Shown here: in pieces, positions 47,761-62,137 of the stretch
Layout of the letters: each line of letters starts with the position of its first letter
Numbering within the stretch: the first letter of the stretch is position 1
Assembly: GCF_020745735.1 (NCBI RefSeq)
Contig: NC_083406.1
Coordinates: 102,835,164 to 102,899,163, forward strand
DNA length: 64,000 nt
Reading direction: 5' to 3'
DNA from: Hemiscyllium ocellatum
Taxonomy: Eukaryota
The notes under the pieces: generated by a model
The model's input: the letters and a program-made list of their open reading frames with translations, nothing else
Told to the model about the DNA's origin: nothing
Databases searched by the model: none
Made by a program: the position numbers and the translations under genes

Positions 47761-50700
47761 GGAGCATACAAGATTAATAGAAAAATGTAGGAAACTACAA
47801 GTGTGGGCAGATGGGGATAGGATAGATAATGCAATTAAATGTTGATATCGACATTTTAAAAGTTCCAAAATTGGAAGATATAGTTAATGAAGGAAGAGCT
47901 AACATTTTTCACTTCATAATTAAAATCCTTCAAATTCTTTAGGGGTTCTCAGATTGTCCACTTGAATGGATTTCAGCATAGGTCTGGCTCTTTAGGGCCT
48001 GACTGCATTTGGAATCTCTGGGTCTAACTGGCAGTAAATAGAAGGGGTAAGTTAGGAATGTTGTGCCCCAACACATTTACATGATACTTTGGGTTGACAT
48101 GTATCCCCCCTGGGGTGGTCCTGAGAATACAGAAGGGAGAGAAACATTTATCAGATCCCTTTCAGTTCACTAATCTGCATAGAGAATGGATATTACTCTG
48201 AGAAAAATCCCAGGAAAATTTGCTTCTAAATAGTCTAAAAATGGAATTAAATAAATGTGACAAAAGAGAAATATACACTTACAAAGTCACTGTACTGACA
48301 CCTTTAGGAAGGAAGTACTTTTGTTTGCATACTATTCAGATCTTACCTCCAAAATAGTGTTTTCCTAGGCATACTGAACAACAAAGCATGGACACGAAGA
48401 TAAACATGCTACAAACATGTTCTGAATCATTAATGTGGATCAGCAGGAATTTATTGCTTTATCTGTATTGCTGGTGTGTCTACAGAATAAATCCTTTTTC
48501 ACTGGTGCATTTGAGCAGAAATGCACTTTAGAAAGGATATTTAACTTAGAAAAAATGCAATATGGATTTCTTCATTTGATAGCAGTAATGGGAAACTTTA
48601 CTGGAGCAGTAAAATGCAACATTTAATAGAAATCATCAAGACTATGAAAGGGTTTTAGAGTGTAAAAAAGGTCATATTATTGGCTAATAATTAGGAAAAG
48701 GGAGGAATAAATTCTTGATTAATGATAAAAATATTTAAAATACTAAGAAGACATTAGAATTTTTTTCCAGCAGAGAGCTATTAGGAAATTGAATGTAGTG
48801 CTTAGAAATGTTCTATTTCTGCTCCTATGTTTTAATGTCTTATGATGTGTAGCAGTGGAGGAATGACAGTACTGGCACAGTGGAGATATTGTGTTTCCAG
48901 TTCAATAAGAGACTTCTGGTCAAATGAACACTATTGTAACATAGAGGCCTCATTGGCCACTGTATTAATACCTGTGGCACTTCCATCATCACTCAAGCAG
49001 CCTTCTTGATTGGCATTCATTCCCTCCACCAGTGATGCACAGTAGCACCAGTGTATGCCACCAAAAAGATGCACTGCAGGAATTCAACAAGCCTCCTTTT
49101 GACCCACAACCATCTAGGAGGACAAAAATTGCATTTACATGGGAACACCATCATGGGCAAATTCCTCTCTGAGCACTCACCATCCTGACTTGGAAATATA
49201 CTGACATTCCTTCACACTCCCTGGATCGAAATCCTCCCTAATAACATTGTGGGTAAGCCTACACCTAAAGAACTGCAGTGTGCAAGGAGGCAGCTCATCA
49301 CCACCTTCTCAAGAATAACTCAGGATGGGCAATAAGTGCTAGCCTAACCAGTGAAGCCTACATTGCCGAAATAAATAAACAAACAAACAAAAACTGTCAA
49401 GTCAGCTATTAATCCAGTACAAGGATGTCCTGTCCATATCCTTCTGACCAGCAGCTATCCACCTGACTTCCTCCTTCCACTTGGAAGGAATACAAACTTA
49501 AAAGAAATAAACAACTGTACTTATGTAGCACCTTTCACTCCACCAGATGTCTCAAAAGATCTTTACCAGCCAATGGAATATTTATAAAAGTGTAATAGTC
49601 ACTGTTACAAAGTGGGAAATGTGGCAGTGAATGTGTATTTGGCAAATTCACACCATCTGTTTTTTGACAGAGGGCTAAATATCAGCCAGAATTTCAAAGA
49701 TATCTTCCCTGCATTTTCTTTGAATTAGTGTCATGGAATCATTTACATCCATTCAAGGTGGCATGAGGCCTTGATATCATGTTTCACTTGAACATCAGCA
49801 CCTCCAACAGTTCACTGCTCCCTCAGTACTGCACTGGAGACTCTGGGCAGCCCCTTGTTGAGGCAGCTGGGGTGTCTGTCAGCTTTGAGAACTGGTGAGA
49901 GGCTCATGGTGCCTTCTTTTCTGGTAGTAGTTATCAGTTTCCACCACAGAGTAGTCAGTAGCTGATGCAGGAATGACACCCAGCAGAGCCCCAGGATTGT
50001 GAAATGATCCAGGCCGCAGGTGAGTAGCATACAGGTTGGGGATTCATGGATTAGAGGTTGCAGAGGGAAAGCTGCAGTGGGATTGACAGTAACGACTGCT
50101 GGTAGTGGTGGTTGGGTAGGAAGGGGAGGGTCTCACTGCGCCGCTCTATAGGTTGCCCAATTGCCCAACCAAATGTTCAGTTTCAGCTGTCTAGTATGTT
50201 GCATTATGATTAACTCACTGTATTTGGGTTTCTCTCCGTGACTAAGGTTCTGTCAGGGGTATCTATGGTTTGGCTGAGGCCAAGTAAATTAAGCGGTTGT
50301 TCCAATTAACTGGACCCAAATCATATTTCTGCCATACTGCACCCATCTAATGTCCAACATCCTCCTTAGCTCTCCCAAGTAACACAGTGATATTTGGGTG
50401 CTATTCTGGTACATGGGTTAAGAATCAACCAAATTGTTGTAGGTCTGTACTTGCATCTACCATCAAACCAGATAAGGGCAGCAAGATGTCTTCCCTAACA
50501 CGTATTTTTACAATAAATTGATAATTTCATAGTCAACATTAATAAAACTAGCTTTACATTCCATATGTATTAATTGAATTGCAATTTATAGTGGAATTTG
50601 GAACCATGCACCGAAAGCATTAACCTGGACCTCTGGATTCCTAATCAAGTGATATTGCGTTCATGCTGTCAGTATCTCCTTGTAATACAACTAAAGTCCA

Positions 50701-50784
50701 CACAACATTTTTAATGCAATGATTGTTGTTAAATGGTCATTAATTGTTGATTTAATGGCCTCAATAGCAGCCCAGTCCTGGCCT

Positions 50785-51012
50785 CAAAAATAGAAATTGC
50801 AGAAAAAGCTCAGTAGATCTGGTAGCATCTGTGGAGAGAAATCAGAGTTAGCGTTTCGGGTCAAGTGATCCTTCTCCAGAGAACACTTCTGAGGAAGAGT
50901 CACTCGACTCCAAATGTTCATCTGATTTCTCTCCATAGATGCTACCTGACCTATTGAGCTTTTCCTGCAATTTCTATTTCTGTCTGTGATTTACAGCATC
51001 TGCTGTTTTTTT
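50785..51012. mobile_element. Penelope-derived hairpin mini-element (family B)
   Basis: About 95-bp inverted arms AAATAGAAATTGCAGAAAAAGCTCA...; imperfect TSD CAGTC(C/T)TG(G/A)CC. Confidence 0.75.
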
Positions 51013-53403
51013 CAGTCTTGACCATACCCATTTTACCATAAAGTTGTAGAGAAATTGGTGTGGGTGTGTGGATGGTGGGAAGGCCGACCAAGGAATTTTA
51101 TAGCTTGCTTCCTCAGTTTAAACCCTATGTTGGGATCATAAAATTCTGTCTGATGTTTTTTGACTCCGTAAAAGGCTAGGGAAAAAAAACAGAATCACTA
51201 TTAAGTAAGCATCACATCCATCAATTGAGAGCTTCATGCAAAAATCAAAGTAATAGAATGATTTACAGGAGACTGAGATGGATACTAAGCAAACACAGAA
51301 GGATTAATCATGGCAAGCACCAAATTTTTTTTTGAGCATTTTGGAGGCAGAAGGATAGATAGCAAACTAATGTAGTTTTCAGAAAGAATTTCATGGCAGT
51401 TTTTTAGACAGATTCTAATGAGATGGAAGTATTGGCCTAGTGGTATTATTGCAAGACTATTAGTCTAGAAACTCAAGCTAATGTTTTGGAAACCCAGGTT
51501 CAAATCCCATAGCAGATTGTAGAATTTGAATGCAATTAAAAAAAATCTGGAATTAAGAATCTACTGGTGACCATGAAACCATTGTCAGGAAACTCCATCT
51601 GATTCACTAATGTGAGGATATCTGCCATTTTTACTTGATCTGATCTACGTGTGACTCCAAAGCCACAGCAATATGCTTGATTTTCAACTACCCTCTGGGA
51701 AATTAGGGATGAGCAATGAAAAAAGATTAACCTGTTCATAGATGGTATGACACACTTGCAAGTGGGACTTGAACCTGGGACTCCTACCTCAGCGCCACAA
51801 GAGCTCTTAGTCTTCTAATGGATTTAGAGAGAATATAAAGCATGCAATAACAAACACAGACAGGGAAAGTGATTGGAGTCTCTCAATCCTGTATTGTTTC
51901 CAATTAATTTGCAAACACGTACCTCATTCAGTGACATCATGAATGGAGATGCTGATGTCATCAGAGAGGAGATTCTGTGCAAAATGTCTGCTCATAGGCT
52001 GCTATTTACCAGCGATTTGAAAACACACAGATGATAGAGGACTAATATGGATCAGTAAGTATAGGCAGCTATTTTACACACTTTGAAGTATACAGATAAG
52101 TAGGGATGTGAAATCAGACTGCGTTGGGTGAAGGGCTGAGAAAAGGCACAAAATAGCACACTTCATGTACTGCATTTTTCTGATTTTTCACATATGATTT
52201 AAGATTCTGTGAAAATAAGATAGACTCCCTTTCCCTCTGATGATTAATGAATAGATATTTCTATTCAATATAAGTACTGAGAAAAACTAAATACCAAATT
52301 ATGATCCAGTGGTCTTACATTGGAAAAGAGGACATATAGCCTGGAGATAATGATCTCTACTTATTTGAGTTTAAATTATAAATATAGAGTTATAGGATAA
52401 CAACACAAGTCAAAGATATCATAATATAATGATGATGTAAGGTTACATGGCGAGAGAGAATCTGGAGAGAAATTTCACAACTGAGACATTTTAAGCTTGC
52501 ATACCGCTGTCTAAATAGAAAAACTTAAAATGAAAAGATACTTGTTAAAATGAATGCATACTAAAGTGGAGTCATTTGAAAGACAACATACAACAAAAAG
52601 AAACATGGTAGCAGTACAAAGAAGCTAGAATCAGTGGCAAAGAACCCAACAGCAGCAAGATTTGGATTAAAATCTACAAAGATAGTACATCTCAGAAGTA
52701 CAGGGACGGATTAAAATGAGAGAATGAAAAGCATTTAATCTCACAAGGGAGCAGATGATGCGAACGTGTAACAGAATCAGAATCCCAAAATGGAAAAGAT
52801 CAGCAGAACTGCAAGCAGACATCGTTCCAAGCTCCACAGGAACATGGAATCATCACCATTACTTCCACAGCCATTCCCAAATGCTGGAGGTCCACTCAAG
52901 ACTCAGAAGTGGGATGACGGTAAACTTACAGGTTGAGTCAGTCATTAGGAAGGCAAATGCAATGTTGGCATTTATTTTGAGAGGACCTGAAAAAAAAGCA
53001 GGGATGTAAATCTGAGGCTCTATAAGGCTCTGGTCAGACTACATTTGAAGTATTGTGTGCAGGTTTGGGCCCCATATCTCAAGAAGGATGTACTAGTCCT
53101 GGAGCAGGTTTAGAGGAGGTTCATGAGAATGGTTCCAGGAAGGAAAAGCTTAATATATAAGGAACATTTGACAACCCTCGGGCTATAGAGTCATAGAGAT
53201 GTACAGCACGGAAACAGACCCTTCGGCCCAACTCGTCCATGCCAATCAGATATCCTAAATTAATCTAATCCCATTTGGCAGCACTTGGCTCACATCCCTC
53301 TAAACCCTTCTTATTCATATACCCATCTAGATGCCTTTGAAATGTTGTAATTGTACCAGCCTCCACCATTTCCTCTGGCAGCTCATTCCATACACACACC
53401 AAC

Positions 53404-53614
53404 TGAAAATGTGTTGCTGGTCAAAGCACAGCAGGCCAGGCAGCATCTCAGGAATAGAGAATTCGACGTTTCGAGCATAAGCCCTTCCTGATGAAGGGCT
53501 TATGCTCGAAATGTTGAATTCTCTATTCCTGAGATGCTGCCTGGCCTGCTGTGCTTTGGCCAGCAACACATTTTCAGCTGTGATCTCCAGCATCTGCAGA
53601 CCTCATTTTTTACT
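53404..53614. mobile_element. Penelope-derived hairpin mini-element with central hammerhead-like core
   Basis: About 85-bp inverted arms; perfect 15-bp TSD CATACACACACCAAC at 53389-53403 and 53615-53629; CTGATGA-A-GGGCTTATGCTC-GAAA at 53488-53511. Confidence 0.85.
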
Positions 53615-55763
53615 CATACACACACCAACCTTTGCATGAAACAGTTTCCCCTTAAGTCCCTTTTAAATCTTTCCCTCTCACTCTAAACCTATGACCTCTA
53701 GTTCTGGACTCCTCCACCCCAGGGAAAAGAGCCTGTCTATTTTCTCGTCTACCAGTGATTTTGCATCGGACTGCCAAAGGAAGTTTTAAAGGTGTGATGT
53801 TTAATCATAGAACATTTTCCTAAATTCAAGAGAATTCCATTCAAATTTAATGTAAATCTGGTTTATAATTAGACAATTTTCAAAATGGTAGGTACACAAA
53901 GTGGAAGTCTGTTTTATTTATTATTTTAATTTTAACATATTCTTGCTAGTTCATCCACTCCATGGAGTTTAAAAGGATGAGGAGGGATCTGGTTGTTGTG
54001 AAGATGTTTCCACTGGTAGGAGAGACTAGGACCCGTGGGCACAACCTTAGAGTAAAGGGAGGACCTTTTAGCATGGAGATAAGGAGAAACTTCTTCAGCT
54101 AGAGAGTGGTGAATCTATGGACTGCCACAGACGCCTGTGGAGGCCAGGTGCTTGAGTGTATTTAAGCCGGAGAAACATAGGTTCTTGACAAGGGGACCAA
54201 GCATTACGGGGAGAAAGCGGGAGAATGGGGTTCAGAAGCTTATCAGCCATCTTTGAATGGTGGAGCAGAAAGGTTGGGCTGAATGGCCTAACTTCTGCTC
54301 CTGTGTTTATGGTCTTATAGACTGGAATAAATGTTTTGAAGTTATTGAACATCGTCAGTCTTAAACAAAAAGTATAAAAAGATCAGGTTAGTAATCTACT
54401 CTATGCAATTAGAACGGTCAGCGATGATGCTCAAACCAGACAAGGGAGGATGAGAGATATCTTTTGACAAGAAAAAGGAAGGAACAAAAGAAGAACATTA
54501 CAGTGCAGGAAAAGGCCCTTTGGTCCAACCAAGCCTGTGCTGACACATGATGCCTTTCCAAACTAAAAAGCTTTTGTGTCGACATGATCTATATCTCAAT
54601 TCCCTGCCGATTCATGTATCTGTCAACATTGTTATTGTATCATCTCTGCTGTAAGTCCTAAAATTCTTTGATGCATATTTTAATATAATTGAATGGGCTA
54701 AGTTTAACAAAACAGCAGAGATCAAGGGAGTCAATTGATTTCTTATTTAATGATATTCACAAGTTAGCTAGAAATTGTGCACATGGTGAACTAAAGGATG
54801 AGTTAAAATGGGATTGCAATAATCCCTGGGACTTGATCATGCATTTCCCAGAGCTTTGTGGGAAGCTAGGGAAGTGATTGCTGGGCCCCTTCCTGAGATA
54901 CTTGTATCATCGACAGTAACAGGTGAGGTGCCGGAAGACTTGAAGTTGGCTCATGTAATGCCATCATTTAAGAAAGGCTGTTAGGAAAAGCCAGGGAACT
55001 GTGGACCGGTGAGTGTTATGTCAGTGATGGGTAGGGATTCTAAGTAAGGGATTCTGAGAGACAGAATTTAAATGCATTTGGAAAGACAAGGGCTGATTAG
55101 AGATAGTAAACATGGCTTTGTGTGTGGGAAATCGTGTCTCACTGACTTGATTGAGTTTTTTAAGAGGTGACAAAGAAGGTTGATAAAGGCAGAGCAGTAG
55201 AATTTGTCAATATGAATTTCAGCAAAGCATTCAACAAAGTTACGCATGGTAGACTGGTTAGTAAGATTAGATCACATAGGATTCAGGGCAAACTAGCTAT
55301 TTGGATACAAAATTGCCTTGAAGGAAGGATACAGAGTGTGGTGGTAGAGGGTTGCTTTTTGGACTGGAGGCCTGTGATCAGTGCTACAAGGATCAGCGCT
55401 GGGTCCAGTGCTTTTCGTCTTTTATATAAATGATTTGGATGTAAATATAGAAGGCATGGTGAATAAGTTTGCACTTGACATCAATAAGGTTACCTCAGAG
55501 TACAACAGGAACTTGACCAGATGGGCCAATGGACTGAGTAGTGGCAGATGGAATTTAATTTAGATAACTGTGAGATGCTGTATTTTGGTAAGGTAAACCA
55601 AGGCAGAACATATACACTTAATGGTAGGGCCCTGGGAGTGTTGCCAAACAAAGAGATCTGGGGGTGCAGATGCATAATTCCTTGAAACTGGAGTTGCAGG
55701 TAGACAGAATGAAGATCGTGTTTGATATGCTTATCTTAATTGGACAGATTATTGAGTTGGGAG

Positions 55764-56394
55764 CTGAAAATGTGTTGCTGGAAAAACGCAGCAGGTCAGG
55801 CAGCATCCAAGGAACAGGAGATTCGACGTTTCGGGCATATTCCCTTCTTCAGGAATGAGGAAAATGTGTCCAGCAGGCTAAGATAAAAGGTAGGGAGGAG
55901 GGACTTGGGGGAGGGGTGATGGAGATGTGATAGGTGGAAGGAGGTCAAGGTGAGGGTGATAGGCCGGAGTGGGGTGGGGGCGGAGAGGTCAGGAAGAAGA
56001 TTGCAGGTTAGGAAGGCGGAGCTGAGTTCGAGGGATTCGACTGAGACAAGGTGGGGGGGAGGGGAAATGAGGAAACTGGAGAAATCTGAGTTCATCCCTT
56101 GTGGTTGGAGGGTTCCCAGGTGGAAGATGAGGCACTCTTCCTCCAACCGTCGTGTTGTTATGGTCTGGCGATGGAGGAATCTAAGGACCTGCATGTCCTT
56201 GGTGGAGTGGGAGGGGGAGTTAAAGTGTTGAGCCATGGGGTGGTTGGATTGGTTGGTCCGGGTGTCCCAGAGGTGTTCTCTGAAATGTTCCGCAAGTAGG
56301 CGGCCTGTCTCCCCAATATAGAAGAAGCCACATCGGGTGCAACGGATGCAATAGATGATGTGTGTGGAGGTGCAGGTGAATTTGTGGCGGATAT
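55764..56394 (-). mobile_element. Penelope-like element 3' end (GIY-YIG endonuclease C-terminus and pLTR)
   Basis: ORF 55796-56236: AQHFNSPSHS..DMQVL..LH.Q....RRLEEE.LIF.LGTLQP.GMN.DFSSF; 9-bp TSD AGTTGGGAG at 55755-55763 and 56395-56403. Confidence 0.88.
55821..55856 (-). ncRNA. Minimal type I hammerhead ribozyme motif in a Penelope pLTR
   Basis: ATTC-CTGAAGA-A-GGGA ATAT GCCC-GAAAC-GTC-GAAT: 4-bp stem I, intact core, palindromic ACGT stem III, GUC cleavage triplet. Confidence 0.7.
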
Positions 56395-58033
56395 AGTTGG
56401 GAGGTCATGGTATGGCTGTACAGGACATTGGTGAGGCAACTTTTAGAATATTGTGTATAGTTCTTTTCACCTTTCTATAACAAAGATGTTTTTAAACTTG
56501 AGAGGGTGCAGAAAAAAATTACAAGGATTTTGCCAGGACTGAGAGTTTGAGCCCTCTTGAGAGAGTGACTATGCTGGAGCTTTTTTCTCTGGAGTGTTGG
56601 AGGCTGAGGGGTGACATTATAGAGGTTTATAAAATCATGAGGGGCATGGATAGTGTGGAAGATTCCAAGACTAGACAGCATAGGTTTAAGGTGAGAGGAA
56701 AGATTTAAAAAGGACCTGAGGGGTGACTTTTTCACACAGAACATGGTGCACATATGGAATGAGCTGTCAGAGGAAGTGAGGGAGATGGGTACAATTACAA
56801 CATTTAAAAAGCATCTGTATGGGTATATGAATAGGAAGAGTTTAGAGGAATATGAGCCAAATGTGGGCTTAACGGACTAGGCTTATTGGGACATCTGGAT
56901 GAGTGGACTGAAGGGTCTGTCTCTGTGCTATGTGACTCTATCAGGGTCATACATGAGACATTGTCTAATTTATTGCAATCAAAGGAGAATTTGAAATTTG
57001 CAAGGGCAAATTCATGAGGCAGATAAAGATCTGGAAGAAATATTGGCTGATAGTTCACAGATGGTCTGATCTCCATGGAAGAAAGCAAACTCAGTAATGG
57101 TGTGCTGATTAACTTCATTAATCATTCCCTCCATCTGTGTAACAGTGGCAGCATTGTGCACCATCTACAGTGCGCACTACACAATTTACCAAGGCTCCTT
57201 AAACGGCACTTCCAAACCCACAACTCTTACCATCAACAGATAACCTGTGAACCTCACCATCTTCAAGTTTCCCTCCAGGCCACACACCATCCTCGTTTGG
57301 AACAATATTGTTGTTCCTTCACTGTACTGAGTCAAAGTCCTAGAATTCCCTTCCTCAGAGCACTGTGGATATATGTATAGTATATCAACTGCAACAATTC
57401 AAGAAGACAGCCCACTCCCATTTTCTTAAGGGCAATTAAGGATTGGCAATAAAAGTAGCCCAAATTAGTGATGTCCAGATCCTGTAAATGGATTATATAA
57501 AAAAAACTGCCCAGTAGGGGACAGTTGAATCATACAATTGTGACAAACTAGGTCCTTTCAAAATACAGTACTGTCATCCCAGTACTGCAATCATTGGAAA
57601 TAAAAGATCATAGAGTTTCAAACATAGTCAGATCAATGAAATAGGAGAATCACAGCCCAGAAGTTATAGACCCTAGGAGGGCTCAGATCGAAAATACTGG
57701 CCCGTATTCCCTGATGTAGAGGGACGTTCTACTGAAATGAAACTAGGTACTGGAGAAGGTACTAGTATATTCTCTTACAAGTTTATCTGTTTTAACCAAT
57801 TCAAGTTTTCTTCAAGCAAACTGCAAGGCACAGGAGGAACACATTTGAAAGTAAAAGTTCAGAAAGTGACAAGATTTGAATATAAAAAGACAAAGATATA
57901 ACTTTTATATTTTACAAAATCAAGGATCATCACACTTCTCAACAGGAAAACCTGCTCAAGATTGAAACTGGTCCTTCAGTTCGATGTTGTTGTAGAGGAA
58001 ACCACTGCTGAAATTAGGGAAAATATTTTTAGG

Positions 58034-58230
58034 GCTGAAAATGTGTTGCTGGAAAAGCGCAGCAGGTCAGGCAGCATCCAAGGAGCAGGAGAATCGATGT
58101 TTCGGGCATAAGCCCTTCATGCCCGAAACATCGATTCTCCTGCTCCTTGGATGCTGCCGGACCTGCTGCGCTTTTCCAGCAACACATTTTCAGCTCTGAT
58201 CTCCAGCATCTGCAGTCCTCACTTTCTCCT
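58034..58230. mobile_element. Penelope-derived hairpin mini-element, very young
   Basis: 76-bp arms 58034-58109 and 58119-58194 with one mismatch, 9-nt loop, 36-nt unpaired tail. Confidence 0.88.
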
Positions 58231-61200
58231 AAATTATTTTCAGGACCTGAGTAGATTAAATAATGTATCCTGATGATATTATAGGCAAATGTAAAACCAA
58301 TTTATCTTTTTAACCACAAAAACGAACCCACAAAAGGATAAAGTGTAGGTAGTTATTGAACAAATGCAACAGGGGCAATGTTAGTGTTAATTTTCTTTCT
58401 GGCTGCACTGGTCTCTGAGACCTGCATGCAGCAGTAACTTCTGAAACTCAAAGTCAATGTATTGCGGGTCGCTGTGTACGTGAGCAGCCATATAGTTCAG
58501 AGAAAACGTTGAACAGAAGATAATTTCATTGATCATTGTAATCATTAAATAGTGCTGAGTCAAATCATGGCACCAAGATCCGTGTGGATTTGACCTAATT
58601 CAACAAAGCAACACTGTGTGAAATTCATCCAATGTCCTGAGTTGAAGATAGCCTCGCTAAATTGACAAAATGTACACTGTTCACAAAATTAGATGCTACC
58701 GGTGAAATTTGGTGTGTATCTATGGCCAGGAATCAAAGTTACCAATTATTTTTGTAATGCCTATTGGTCATTATTGCTTCAACAGGCTTCTTTTAGGAAC
58801 AGTATCTGTTTGTGAAACATTACAGAAAATCCAACTTAATCCATGGTAAAGATGGGAATTTTTTATTCATTCAAAGGATATGGGCTTTTGTGGCTGGGCC
58901 ATAGTTTTATTGGACTTCCCTAACTGGCCCTTGAGAAACAGCTATCTTCTTGAATCACTGCAATCTTGAAGACATTGCAGAATACTGGCCCAAAACTAAA
59001 TAAGCAGTGTGAATTTGCAAAGCCTGTAATCTAATTCCTCGGTTTACATAGTATAGGCCACAGGAATAAGGGTTGATCCTCAGAAGATGATCAGAGAATT
59101 TTCACAATGTATGAACATAAAACAGTTGCAAGGATTCCAAAGGATGGCTAACCACATTGGGAAATTCATACATAATCTATCAGTAACTGATGAACTGTTC
59201 AGAGAGCTGTTAAGATTGTGCTAACAGAATTGCTGGAAGGTCAGGGGAATTATTTCATAAATTTTAAGAAATTGTTAATTTCTTCTGAAATATTAGCACA
59301 CTGTGATTCAAAAGGTGCAACAATAGTAGCTGCAGATGTGTAATCCAAACGTCTTGCTACAGTGTTGCTATAAGTCTAAGAAGAAATGAAAATGCAGAAC
59401 AATAAAGGCCTGTAACTGAAACATAGAAAATAGGAGCAGGAGTAGACCATTTGGCTCTTGGGTATGCTCTGTTGCTCAATATGGGAGGGATCATAGTTGA
59501 TCATCGAACTCTGTTCCCACTTACTCCATGTACTCGTTGACCTCCTTAGCTCTAAAAAGTATAATAACCTCTTTATTGAAAACATTAATTGATTTGGCCT
59601 CATACATTCTGGCAGAGAATTCCACAAGCTTGCCACAATCTAAGTGAAGATTTTTTCCCCATCTCAGTCCGAATTGGCCAACCTATTATGTTTGTGGTTC
59701 ACTAGAACTATAAATAGAACACAAGGTAGGCAAAGTAAACCTGAACAGGGAATACTCTATTGTAGGTCTCTCAGCTTCACAGTAGGTTTTAAACTGCTTT
59801 CCCTAGCTCCTGCTTTTGTATCAGCTGACCCACTCTTAAAGATTTAGATTCAGACTTTATTGTCACATGTACTCAAGTGCAGAAGTACAGGAGTACAGTG
59901 AAAAGTGTTTATTGTGCCACACACGATGCCATCCTAGGTTTAAAAACATTTAGGTACGAAGTAATAAAAGATGTTAAGCATTAGCTTCATAAAATAAGTA
60001 GAAAAATAAAGAAGTAGGATAATAGATAACATTAAAGTCCTTCCTGATATAAACTTGAACAATAAAGGAATAAAGTTAAAAATATACCATGTTTTCATGA
60101 GTCCTCTGCTTAGCTCGCTCTCTGAGACCATAGCTGTCTGTTCTTGACACCACTGCCACAGATACTAGGGATCCACTCTCACCACTCACTCTTCCTGTGT
60201 TGGGCCGTGATGCCATCACTGCTGAAGCTGCCGCATCCCTGCTCTCGTCCTGCTGCCTCCAGAATATGCCCAGGCAGGATCCACTTGCATGCTGAGATAC
60301 AGTCACACTGGGCCAAGACACTGTCACGCTGGTCTAAGAGACCACCACTAGCCAGGCCCGGCTGGGCCGGTTCAGGCCGAAAGGACCCCTCGCCGGGCCC
60401 ACGCTGAGGTGGGACTGAAGAAAAGAAATACCAAGAGAGAGAAAAAAGAGAAAGAAACGGATGGAAAGGTCAACCTTAGGCTGAAACATCCTGCCTGCCA
60501 CCATAAAAGAGGCAAAACGCCCAGCTATATACACAATGCTACCCCATATCCTTAAACAGTGATCGTGGTTATGGATTCCCTGGTCATCAGGAACACCAAT
60601 CCAGCATTTACTCAACGACTTCCTGTTAGAACTTTGTAGGTTTCTATGAGAGCCCCCTCTCATTATTCTTGAATTCCAGTGAATATAGTCCGAATCAATC
60701 CAATTTCTCTTCAAATTCCTGCCATCCCAGGAATCAATCTAGTAATTTTTTGCTGCACTCCCTCCATAGTCAAAATATCCTTCCTCAGATAATAAAATCA
60801 AAACTGCACACAGTACTCCAGGTGTGGTCTCACCAAGGCCCTATACAATTGCACAAAGACATCTCTGCTGCTGTATTTGAATGAAAGCTATGATGGCGAC
60901 ATACTATTTGCCTTCTTCAATGCCTGCTGCACCTGCCTGCTTACCCTTATTGATTGATGTACAAGGACTCCCAGGTCTCATTACACCTGGCCCAATCTAT
61001 TGTGATTCGGATCATAATCTGCCTTCCTCTTTTTACTACCAAAGTGGATAAAGAGAAAAGATATGCCAACATTTTAAAAAATGCCTTAGTGACAATGTAT
61101 GTATGCGAGAAGTTCTCAGACTATGTTTTGGAGCTAAGGTTTAAGATTAAAGCAGATCGCAAGTACTCTTTTCAATGTGGAGGAACCCATGCCAACTCAC

Positions 61201-62137
61201 ATTCAACACTTCAGACTGTATTTGATGAGTTATGACTCAACCATGGAGTACACATAAGAGAAATGCCAAACCATAGCATGCAATTTACCATCTGAAGAGA
61301 TTCAAAAACATATTTTGCAGTTTGTAGCAAAGTAGAAGTATATATGTAGTTGGTAACAAAACTTACCAGAGGAAAACTTGGAATAGATTAGAGAAGCTCA
61401 TGACCAAGATAAAGAATGTTTTCCTACTGATCTCAAGGAACAAAATTATGTCACATTTATAGATGATTTGTTAGTCTTTAAGGAAAACTTAGTAATACCC
61501 AAAATATACAGAACTAATTTTGTAGAGACTAAATTAAGATCATCTTGGAATATCAAAATGTTGAGCAGGAGCCCCAGAAGCCAGTTTTCTGGCCAAGGAT
61601 TATCATTCAGTTGAAGAAATTGTATTCAACTGGCAAATCTTCACTCGCAACAGTCTAAAACAGAAAGAATCATTATCACAATTATTTCCATCAAAACAAG
61701 GGAAAAATTAGAAATTGATTGATGAAGAGAAATCTAGACTTGAAACGTTAATAGCTGTTAGCTTGCTTTCTCTCCATGGATGCTGCTGACCTACTGTGAT
61801 CTCCAGCATTTTTTGTTTTCAGTAAGGGATTGACTTGTTTGAGTTTGAAAATAAAGTATTTATAATTATTGTCAACTATTATTGAAGATGGTTTGCAATA
61901 AATCATTATCACAGTATCACAATGGGCAAAGTAATAAAGTCATTAAAACAACTCTCAATGTTCCTGACAGGGTGGTATCTAGTAATGGACCACAATTTTA
62001 CAAATGAACAGTTTAAAGAATTTGCCACAGAATATGGCTTCATTCAATGGTTTACCCTATTACCCTCAAGCAAACTATGAAGCCGAAAGAGGAATTCAAA
62101 CTATAAAAGAATTTCAAAAGAAATTTTTGACATTGAT

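Larger units (their letters stand above)
54820..56945 (+). mobile_element. HER1/CR1 LINE RT and 3' end nested in the Gypsy gag
   Basis: PED.K.A.V.P.FKKG, HGFV.GKSCLT.LIEFF, FSKAF.KV.HGRL, QGS.LGP.LF..YINDLD motifs. Confidence 0.88.
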
